This document shows, piece by piece, positions 56,997 to 64,000 of a stretch of 64,000 nucleotides of DNA (position 1 is its first letter; each line of letters starts with the position of its first letter). Below the pieces are notes generated by a model. That model ran no database searches. It was not told where the DNA came from and saw only the letters and a list, made by a program, of their open reading frames with translations. The position numbers and the translations under genes were made by a program. Source of the DNA: Gemmatimonadota bacterium (lineage in GTDB: Bacteria; Latescibacterota; UBA2968; UBA8231); assembly GCA_038153405.1 (NCBI GenBank), contig JAYOYH010000003.1, positions 107,258 through 171,257 on the forward strand. The letters run 5' to 3'.

Positions 56997-58126
56997 AAAT
57001 AATTCGCTTAGAGAGCATACCACTCAGCAATCGGGGCATGCTCCTACGCGTCGAGACCGACGAGGGGCTCGTCGGTCTGGGTTCGCCGATGAACTACGAG
57101 CACGGACGCACCGTGGCGCGGGCCATCGAGGATATGGGCGAGTATTTAATCGGCCGCGATCCGCTGCAAATCGAAGACCACTGGCAGACCCTCTTTCGCT
57201 CCTCCTATGCGCGCCAGATGCCCATCCTGCTATCGGCGCTCAGCGGCATTGAAATGGCCTGCTGGGACCTGCTGGGAAAAAGCGTTGGACTCCCGGTATG
57301 GAAACTGTTGGGAGGGTCCGTTCGCGACGCCATCCGCGTCTATGGAGGAGCCGGTGGCGCCACCCCCGAACAGGCCGCCGCTAGCGCTCGCCGCAGTGTC
57401 GAAGCCGGATTCACCGCCGTGAAGACCACGCCCTTTCCCGAGGCCGTCCGGCCCATCGAAACGCCGGCCGGCATCGATCGCGTCGTCACCCATATCGCCG
57501 CCATACGCGAGGCCATTGGCCAATCGGTCGATTTGGCCATCGACTTTCATCGCGCCACGAGTCCGCCCTTTGCCAAAATGCTGCTGCGCGAGTTGGAGCC
57601 CTTTCGCCCACTCTTCGTCGAAGAGCCCACCAAAGCCATGCCCGACAACATCGGCCCGCTGCGCGAGCTCGCCCAATCGACCTGTATCCCCATCGCAACG
57701 GGCGAGCGCTGCGCTACGCGCTGGGGCTTTCGCGAGATTTGCGAGACCAAGGCCGCCGCCATCATCCAACCGGATATTCGCCACTGCGGCGGCATTCGCG
57801 AAATGCGCCATATCGCCGCGCTGGCCGAAGTGCACGAAATACTCGTAGCTCCGCACAGTGCCGCCGACCCGCTCGGAATTGTCGCCGCCGTGCACGCGAT
57901 GGCGCCGACGCCGAATTTCTTACTCATGGAGTTTGGCGGGGGTGGAGGAGAAGACTTTTTCGTCGAACCGCTGCACATGATAGACGGCTTTGTACAACTA
58001 CCTCAGGGGCCTGGTTTGGGCGTGGAAATTGATCCCGACGGCCTCGAACGGATGCGGCAACGCGGCCCGTGGCGACAGCGCACGATGCGCCGCCACCGCG
58101 AAGACGGCAACTTCTCCGACTTTTAG
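56993..58126 (+). CDS. enolase-superfamily sugar-acid dehydratase (mandelate racemase/muconate-lactonizing-enzyme family)
   Basis: ATG 56993. MKIIRLESIPL...GLVGLGSP N-terminal capping domain. KxK/D/E/D metal-ligand pattern in the barrel domain. Confidence 0.7.
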   Translation: MKIIRLESIPLSNRGMLLRVETDEGLVGLGSPMNYEHGRTVARAIEDMGEYLIGRDPLQIEDHWQTLFRSSYARQMPILLSALSGIEMACWDLLGKSVGLPVWKLLGGSVRDAIRVYGGAGGATPEQAAASARRSVEAGFTAVKTTPFPEAVRPIETPAGIDRVVTHIAAIREAIGQSVDLAIDFHRATSPPFAKMLLRELEPFRPLFVEEPTKAMPDNIGPLRELAQSTCIPIATGERCATRWGFREICETKAAAIIQPDIRHCGGIREMRHIAALAEVHEILVAPHSAADPLGIVAAVHAMAPTPNFLLMEFGGGGGEDFFVEPLHMIDGFVQLPQGPGLGVEIDPDGLERMRQRGPWRQRTMRRHREDGNFSDF

Positions 58127-60777
58127 CCAGGCGGCAATGCCCTTTCGACCACGCTCCTGAACTCGTCGACGGTATAGGGCTTGGTGAGACAAGCGACAAA
58201 TCCCAGAGCATGAACGTTAGCCATATCTAACTTCTTCGAATAGCCGGAGGACAGCACAATCCGCGCCTGCGGGTTGATCTGCTGAATTTCTTTGGCCATT
58301 GCAATGCCCCCCCTCCCTCCTGGAATCGTCAAATCGAGGATCACCACGTCAAAAGGATTCCTATCGCACCAAGCGCTGCGATAGCGCATAAGCGCCTCCT
58401 CCTCAAACGGAGTAGCCAGCAGGTCGTAGCCCAGGTCCTCGCTCAAACGCATAACCGCTTCACATAGCTGGTCGTCGTCGTCGAGCAGCAACACGCGTCC
58501 GCCCATCGCCGAATGGGAGACCGATTCAATCTGCGTTTCGGATACACGCGCTCCCCTAGGCAGGTAAAAACGGAACTCCGAGCCTTCCCCCACTGCCGAA
58601 TCGGCCGTCAGCATGCCGCCATGTCGATTTATAATGGCGTAGCTCGAGGCAAGCCCCAACCCGGCCCCATCTTTCTTGGTCGTAAAGTAGGGATCGAAGA
58701 CGCGCTGTAAGTCATCCGCACGAATGCCCATCCCCTCGTCGCGGACCGAGCACAGGACGTAGGATCCTCTTTGCAGCAAATGGGACTGGCCATCTTCGCA
58801 TTCGAAATTGCGCATTTCCACGCGCACCGTTCCTCCGCCGGGCATGGCCTGCTGGGCATTTAATATCAGGTTGTGTACAACGCTTCTTATCTGCGATGCA
58901 TCGATATCGACAGGCCAGAGATCGTCCTTCTCCTCAATTTCTAATTTGGCGTTGGAACCGCGCAGGGCAAAAGTAGCCGAGTTGCGCACGATATCCTGCA
59001 ACGAGGCCCTCTTACGCACCAACTCCTCGTTGTGCATAAACCCCATGAGCTGACGCGTCAGGTCGCGCGCCGCATACAGGGCTTTATCGATATCATCGAC
59101 GATTTCCCCGCGCTTTTTATCGTCCGTTACCATCTTGAGTAACGACGTGTTAATCGTAGCAGATGAAAGCATGTTGTTGAAATCGTGGGCAATGCCGTCG
59201 GCCAATTGGCCGAGTGACTCAATGCGCTCTATGCGCAGCCGTTCCATTTCGCGTGCCCGTTCAGCCGTGATGTCCTGCGCGACAAAAACTCCTCCATCAA
59301 CCCAGCCTTCATCCCCGCCGATAGGGGTGCCGTATATACGCACAGCGCTAGGTGTGCCCCCCCCTCCCAGAAGGGTAATTTCTATCGATTCGCGACGGCC
59401 GACGGCAAGCACGCTGTCGATTAGCTGGTCGACGAGTCCCTGGCCGCCCTCGTCCACCGATAGCACTGCGCCCAGATACCGTCCCACCACCCCATCGGCA
59501 GTGGCTCCAAACAACGCGCTGAACGGCGTATTACTCATGGTGATGTATCCCGCTCTATCCGTGGTCACCACGCCGTTCCCTATACTCTCTTGGACAATTT
59601 CAAGCCGTTGACTCTGTTCGGACAGATTCTGGTACAGCGTAGCATGCACCAGCGCCAGTGCGAGCATATCAAACAGGGGGTTTAGTGCTTTTAAACGTTC
59701 GAGCACCTCCTCTTTTTCCGCCATAGGACTTCCCGTTGCCAACACGGCCACGGTGACATCTCCCTTTTTGATAGGTATGAAATAGGCCGTGCGCCCGTGG
59801 CGGTCAGCAGGCGAATCAACGCGCTTGTCGAAGCGCGGATCCCACTCGTCGAGCACGGCCATTGTCCCGTTCCGCGCCACTTCTGCGGTTATATTTGTAT
59901 CGTCGAGGTCGTAGCTAACTACTGACTTTGACGCGTTGTACACACTGGATTGCCCATCTTCAAATCGGCATACAACTCTGCGTACGACATCGACTCGGTG
60001 CGCATCTCGATCGACCAGTGCCACAGACAAACTCTCGAAAATACCGGCACTCGCGATTTCTTGCACTAGGCGGTCGAGTATCTCATCGCGGTTCAATGAA
60101 GACAGTAGCGAACGTTCAACTTTTTGCAGAGCTGATACCAGGCGATCGCGCTGTTCCAACGCGCGAAGTCGATGTTCCAACGCACGGTGTATACGCGCGT
60201 GCTCGAGAGCTAACGCCACCTGTTTGAACAGGGGCTGCATGATCTGTATGCGCCGGACTATTTCATCCTGGTCATCGGGTTGACTCCCCGTCGACAGCAC
60301 GGCAGCAACGCGCCCTCCGCAGCGCAGAGGAATGAAATACGCCATTTTCACATAGCGACTATCAGCAATATGTTCAACGAATCCCTGCACCAAGACGTTG
60401 CCCCTAAGCGCCGCTATGACAGTTAAGTCATCGCTCTGATCAAGGGAGATCCTGCGCCCCGCCAAACGACCGACAAACGGTTCTCTTTTGTCCGATTCGT
60501 CGACGTAGACAAGTTCGTCCGCGCCGCTGAGATTGGGGTTGATTTTCCCCTGTCTATCAACGGCTAAATAATTGCCAACAATCTCCACGTATCCATCTTC
60601 CCAGTTGACCAACGTGATGGTCAGACTGCGAAAGATACCCGCCTGCAGCACCTCGTCGGCCAGCACCGAAATCAGCACATTCCAGTCGAGCGATGCTATG
60701 AGCACGTCCTCAATTCGCGCGACTGCCTCCTTCAACCGCTCCTCAGAAAGATGAGGTGCTTTCAGCGTATCATGCAT
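58123..60777 (-). CDS. hybrid sensor histidine kinase (GAF/PAS sensors, HisKA, HATPase_c, C-terminal receiver)
   Basis: 884 aa. H-box LADGIAHDFNNML. G-box GAGLGL. C-terminal receiver VLLLDDDD...VVILDLTIPG. Confidence 0.8.
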   Translation of the reverse strand: MHDTLKAPHLSEERLKEAVARIEDVLIASLDWNVLISVLADEVLQAGIFRSLTITLVNWEDGYVEIVGNYLAVDRQGKINPNLSGADELVYVDESDKREPFVGRLAGRRISLDQSDDLTVIAALRGNVLVQGFVEHIADSRYVKMAYFIPLRCGGRVAAVLSTGSQPDDQDEIVRRIQIMQPLFKQVALALEHARIHRALEHRLRALEQRDRLVSALQKVERSLLSSLNRDEILDRLVQEIASAGIFESLSVALVDRDAHRVDVVRRVVCRFEDGQSSVYNASKSVVSYDLDDTNITAEVARNGTMAVLDEWDPRFDKRVDSPADRHGRTAYFIPIKKGDVTVAVLATGSPMAEKEEVLERLKALNPLFDMLALALVHATLYQNLSEQSQRLEIVQESIGNGVVTTDRAGYITMSNTPFSALFGATADGVVGRYLGAVLSVDEGGQGLVDQLIDSVLAVGRRESIEITLLGGGGTPSAVRIYGTPIGGDEGWVDGGVFVAQDITAERAREMERLRIERIESLGQLADGIAHDFNNMLSSATINTSLLKMVTDDKKRGEIVDDIDKALYAARDLTRQLMGFMHNEELVRKRASLQDIVRNSATFALRGSNAKLEIEEKDDLWPVDIDASQIRSVVHNLILNAQQAMPGGGTVRVEMRNFECEDGQSHLLQRGSYVLCSVRDEGMGIRADDLQRVFDPYFTTKKDGAGLGLASSYAIINRHGGMLTADSAVGEGSEFRFYLPRGARVSETQIESVSHSAMGGRVLLLDDDDQLCEAVMRLSEDLGYDLLATPFEEEALMRYRSAWCDRNPFDVVILDLTIPGGRGGIAMAKEIQQINPQARIVLSSGYSKKLDMANVHALGFVACLTKPYTVDEFRSVVERALPPG

Positions 60778-61918
60778 CTACAATATCCCCGAACGGTAGG
60801 TCTGTTTTGATACGGGCTATTCTGCGTTCCAACCACATGCGCTCTACCCAATTGCGCAATTCGCGCACGTTGCCCCACCAAGGGCAATCACCCGGCAGCA
60901 GGCGCACTAATTCTTCGATATCGCCGAGGGAATCGTGCGCGAATAGATTCGATGCAAACGATCGAGAAAGGGGCTCGACATCCTCGCTACGTTCGCGCAG
61001 GGGGGGAATAAAAAAGCTGTTAGTACCTAAACGCTGCAGCAGTTCGGGCAGCATGGCACCGCCGTCGGCCTGAGGGGCAAGACGCGCCGTGCTCGTGGCC
61101 ATAATACGCACGTCAACCCTTCTGCTGACTCCGCGCCGGGCGATGCGCCGATGGTCGGCAAAATCGAGCAGTGCGCGCTGAAACTCCAAGTCAAGGCAGC
61201 CAATCTCTTCAAATACAATCGATCCACCATCGGCCATTTCGCACCGGCCGATTTTCTCGCTTTGGCCATCGCCAAAGACATCGGCTATCGCCAATCCCTC
61301 TGCCACTTGGCAGCAGTCAACGGAGATCAATGGACGGGAATGTGGCTGCACCTGTCGGTGAATATAGTCGACCAAAGCCGTCTTACCGCTGCCGAATTCA
61401 CCACTGATCAGCACACAGGCCGCTCGATCTCTTCCAAGCGGTTCCGCTCTGGCGGCGATCGTCTGCATGACCTGGCTGGCATAGACAAAATCATCAATAC
61501 CGACTCCCCAGGCCTGCACCGAGCGCAGTGCCGAAACTTCTTTGCGCAGCGAACTGACCTCATCCACTCGGTCAATCACCGAGGAAATTTGGCCCATATC
61601 AAAGGGTTTCTGAACAAATTCCCTCGCCCCTATCTTCATCGCATCAACGGCGCTGTCGACGGTTCCGTACCCCGACATGACAACGACCGGTAGTTCGGGA
61701 TATATTTTGCGTATGCGTTCAAGTAACTCTAAGCCGTTGAAGAATTCGTCGCGCAGCACTAGATCGAGCAAGACCATATCCGGTTGATATGCCACCAACT
61801 CCTCCAAACCCTCTACTCCGGTTGCCACGGCCACAGTATGGTGGCCGAGCAGATCCAACCCACGGCGCAGGGTTTCGCGCATTAGCGCTTCGTCTTCTAC
61901 AATTAGAATCGTTGCCAT
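60770..61918 (-). CDS. NtrC-like response regulator (receiver plus AAA+ domain) with degenerate GAFTGA and no obvious C-terminal HTH
   Basis: ATG 61918 (MATILIVEDE). Receiver Asp context VLLDL. Walker A GEFGSGKT. The canonical ESELFGHEKGAFTGA is replaced by ADVFGDGQSEKIGRC. 8-nt overlap with the kinase gene. Confidence 0.65.
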   Translation of the reverse strand: MATILIVEDEALMRETLRRGLDLLGHHTVAVATGVEGLEELVAYQPDMVLLDLVLRDEFFNGLELLERIRKIYPELPVVVMSGYGTVDSAVDAMKIGAREFVQKPFDMGQISSVIDRVDEVSSLRKEVSALRSVQAWGVGIDDFVYASQVMQTIAARAEPLGRDRAACVLISGEFGSGKTALVDYIHRQVQPHSRPLISVDCCQVAEGLAIADVFGDGQSEKIGRCEMADGGSIVFEEIGCLDLEFQRALLDFADHRRIARRGVSRRVDVRIMATSTARLAPQADGGAMLPELLQRLGTNSFFIPPLRERSEDVEPLSRSFASNLFAHDSLGDIEELVRLLPGDCPWWGNVRELRNWVERMWLERRIARIKTDLPFGDIVDA

Positions 61919-62026
61919 GCGCGTACTATACGAAATTGCAGAGCGGACGACAAACCGTGCCACAGATTGACGTACAGCGCCGTCATTCTTATCTAAGACG
62001 CAACTTCAAACGAGGCCAGCGCTCAT

Positions 62027-63142
62027 ATGGATAACGACAGACTTCGCGAGGCCCTACCCTTCCTTCGACCGCGCACGGAAGACCCAAGCGCCATCGTGCT
62101 GTTCCTATTTGCCCTTATGTGCGCGGCCATTTTCGGCGCCATCGCCCTCCACCTATTGCGGCGATACCGCCTGCGCCAGGCTCGCGAGAATGTTCTCAGA
62201 GAAATGGGCGCGGCAAAGGGACTGAAAAAGAGCGATCTCGACCTGCTGTGCACGCTGGCGGCCTCTCTCGAACGACCCGCCCAGCTGGCCGAGTCAGCCT
62301 ATATATTCAACCGAACTGTCGGCGTATACGTCGACAAACTCATCGAGCGCGATTGGCATCATCCGCACTTTCAGCCTATTGCCAACATACGTCAAAAACT
62401 GGGATTTGATAGCACAGCCAGCGACAGACCGCTGCGATCAACGCGCGAATTGCCCGCAGGCATCACGCTGATGGTGTGGAATGCAGAAGGGGGACAAGAG
62501 GCGTTCTATCCGTGGATGCTCGTCGAACGCGACGAGCGCGCCCTGTCCATCGTGCCGCTGTTAAGGGACGATTTTCACCGCTACGAACAGCTGGCCAAAG
62601 GGGGCCAACTTGCGCTTCGCTTTTGGCGCAGCCACGACGCGGAGTACCGCGTCAGTCTGCTGATCCATTCTGTCGACTACGAGCAAAACGCCGTACTACT
62701 GCATCATTCGGACCAAGTCGAACGCCTACAACAGCGCGATTTCCACCGCATCAGCGTTCACTTTCCCATACGACTTCTCGTCGCACAACCAACTCCAGCA
62801 GAAGGAGAAAACGCCTCGGAAAGCACTTCGCCAACGGCAGAGGGAGTAGGTCACAGTGGGCGCTCGGTGCAAGCCTATGTTCTCGACTTGAGCGCCGGTG
62901 GGCTGAGCATTGAGGCCGATGTGCAAGAGCCATTGGCAGGAGATATCGTGGTGGATCCACAGTTCAAGGGGCCATTCCCACTGGCCGGGCTGGCCTGTGA
63001 GATCGTCCACCAAGCGCACATCGGCGGTGCCTGGCGCCTACAGCTGCACTTTTCCGATATGGCCGAAGTACAGCGCTCGGAGCTAGTGCGCTTGGTGTAC
63101 GACTACCAATTGCGCACCGCCGATGGCGGCCCTACTTCTTAA
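62027..63142 (+). CDS. PilZ-domain (c-di-GMP-binding) protein with N-terminal TM segment
   Basis: QQRDFHRISV (RxxxR) and DLSAGGLSI (DxSxGG). N-terminal TM helix IVLFLFALMCAAIFGAIALHLL. Confidence 0.55.
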   Translation: MDNDRLREALPFLRPRTEDPSAIVLFLFALMCAAIFGAIALHLLRRYRLRQARENVLREMGAAKGLKKSDLDLLCTLAASLERPAQLAESAYIFNRTVGVYVDKLIERDWHHPHFQPIANIRQKLGFDSTASDRPLRSTRELPAGITLMVWNAEGGQEAFYPWMLVERDERALSIVPLLRDDFHRYEQLAKGGQLALRFWRSHDAEYRVSLLIHSVDYEQNAVLLHHSDQVERLQQRDFHRISVHFPIRLLVAQPTPAEGENASESTSPTAEGVGHSGRSVQAYVLDLSAGGLSIEADVQEPLAGDIVVDPQFKGPFPLAGLACEIVHQAHIGGAWRLQLHFSDMAEVQRSELVRLVYDYQLRTADGGPTS

Positions 63143-63184
63143 GGAATGGGCCAACTACAGCTGCGATCGGCCGTTTTATACTCG

Positions 63185-64000
63185 TCAAATCGGCATGTAC
63201 TCCAGTTCAAAGACCCGTTCGATAAACCACCCCACGCCAAAGAGCAAAATCACCGCTGAGACTCCCCAGACTACCTGCTGTTTAAACGCCTTGCTGTTAA
63301 GCCAGAGAATGCCGGGAAAGAGCACGGCGACAATGGCGATTTGGCCCACTTCAACTCCGATATTAAAGGAAAGCAACGACGCGATTAACCCCTCGGTCGG
63401 CAAGCCCAATTCGCGCAATACATTAGCGAAACCAAAACCGTGTACTAGGCCAAATAGAAAGGTGAGAATCCAGCGGTGTTCGGTGCGCTGTAACCAGAAA
63501 TTCTCCAGGGCTACGTAGGCAATGCTCAGCGCAATACCCGCCTCAACCCACTTAGCCGGCAGCATGACCATCTCGAGTGCAGCCAAACACAGCGTTATGC
63601 TGTGCGCCAGCGTAAAAGCCGTAACGATCTTTACCAGGCTCCTTAGGCGCCCGCCCACGGCAATGAGGGCGAGTAGAAACATAATGTGGTCGTATCCCAG
63701 AAAGATGTGCTCAATGCCAAGCCATACAAAGGCAATGGCCTGTTCTACAAGAGATTTTTCGCCTTCGGCGTAAAAAGACTGTTCGGCGCTATGGGCGGCA
63801 AAGACGGCCTGTTCCAACGGCTTGCCGGGCATCAGCACTTTGGCGATACACTTGTGCTCCTCGCCAAAGGCTGCAAAAAAGTCGACGTGGACATCGAGCC
63901 GTTCGGGCACAGCCTCCAATGCAGCACCAAAATACAAGACGGCAAACATATTGCCCTTATTGTCGGGATTGATATCGGTGCCGCCCGGCGCCAGCACAAG
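63185..64000 (-). CDS. HupE/UreJ-family membrane protein, 5' end probably beyond window
   Basis: GIEHIFLGYDHIMFLLALI signature. Six or more TM helices. The first in-window start is 63997; the family usually carries a longer N-terminus. Confidence 0.55.
   Translation of the reverse strand, partial: LVLAPGGTDINPDNKGNMFAVLYFGAALEAVPERLDVHVDFFAAFGEEHKCIAKVLMPGKPLEQAVFAAHSAEQSFYAEGEKSLVEQAIAFVWLGIEHIFLGYDHIMFLLALIAVGGRLRSLVKIVTAFTLAHSITLCLAALEMVMLPAKWVEAGIALSIAYVALENFWLQRTEHRWILTFLFGLVHGFGFANVLRELGLPTEGLIASLLSFNIGVEVGQIAIVAVLFPGILWLNSKAFKQQVVWGVSAVILLFGVGWFIERVFELEYMPI

Noticed and set aside
57230-57978. 221-aa and 143-aa minus-strand ORFs
   Set aside because: Antisense shadows inside the enolase-superfamily dehydratase gene.

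Overview
This is a high-GC (about 65%) bacterial chromosomal segment with about 50 protein-coding genes. It contains no rRNA or tRNA genes, no CRISPR array, and no transposase, integrase or other mobile-element hallmark. The frequent lipoproteins and two proteins ending in T9SS-type C-terminal sorting domains suggest a Bacteroidota/Rhodothermota-like organism; that placement is inference. The ORF track prints GTG and TTG starts as M, so several starts were re-placed by reading the sequence.

Main blocks, in order:
1. A roughly 15 kb minus-strand cell-surface operon (1..14870). Its core is TPR lipoprotein, two paralogous FG-GAP/ASPIC-UnbV (CRTAC1-family) proteins, a second TPR lipoprotein and a PpiC-type PPIase lipoprotein, all joined by ATGA overlaps. 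Upstream are a large outer-membrane-like protein and a lipoprotein, and the operon is bracketed by two paralogous secreted discoidin-like proteins.
2. A tightly coupled helicase-nuclease module (18321..23445): an AddB-like inactive motor, a UvrD-type helicase and a Cas4/AddB-type Fe-S nuclease. Helicase and nuclease are separated only by a frame offset inside a G5/C5 homopolymer.
3. An orphan ptsN preceded by a perfect 13-bp palindrome.
4. An envelope glycosylation operon: SGNH hydrolase, YfhO, DUF2723/TPR.
5. A nucleotide-sugar trio (epimerase with a Cys/His insert, nucleotidyltransferase, GHMP kinase), followed by an MBL hydrolase and three unknown ORFs.
6. groES-groEL behind a 200-bp AT-rich island and a perfect 10-bp inverted repeat that also matches the sigma-54 -24/-12 consensus. 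GroEL ends in a His-rich tail.
7. A 1348-aa S8 protease with FG-GAP repeats and a T9SS tail, and a fused indolepyruvate:ferredoxin oxidoreductase.
8. A sugar-acid catabolic cluster with ispG embedded. Its two tandem HpcH aldolase genes share a 543-bp near-identical core, which looks like a gene-conversion tract.
9. A hybrid histidine kinase with an atypical NtrC-like regulator, a PilZ protein, and a partial HupE/UreJ gene at the window edge.
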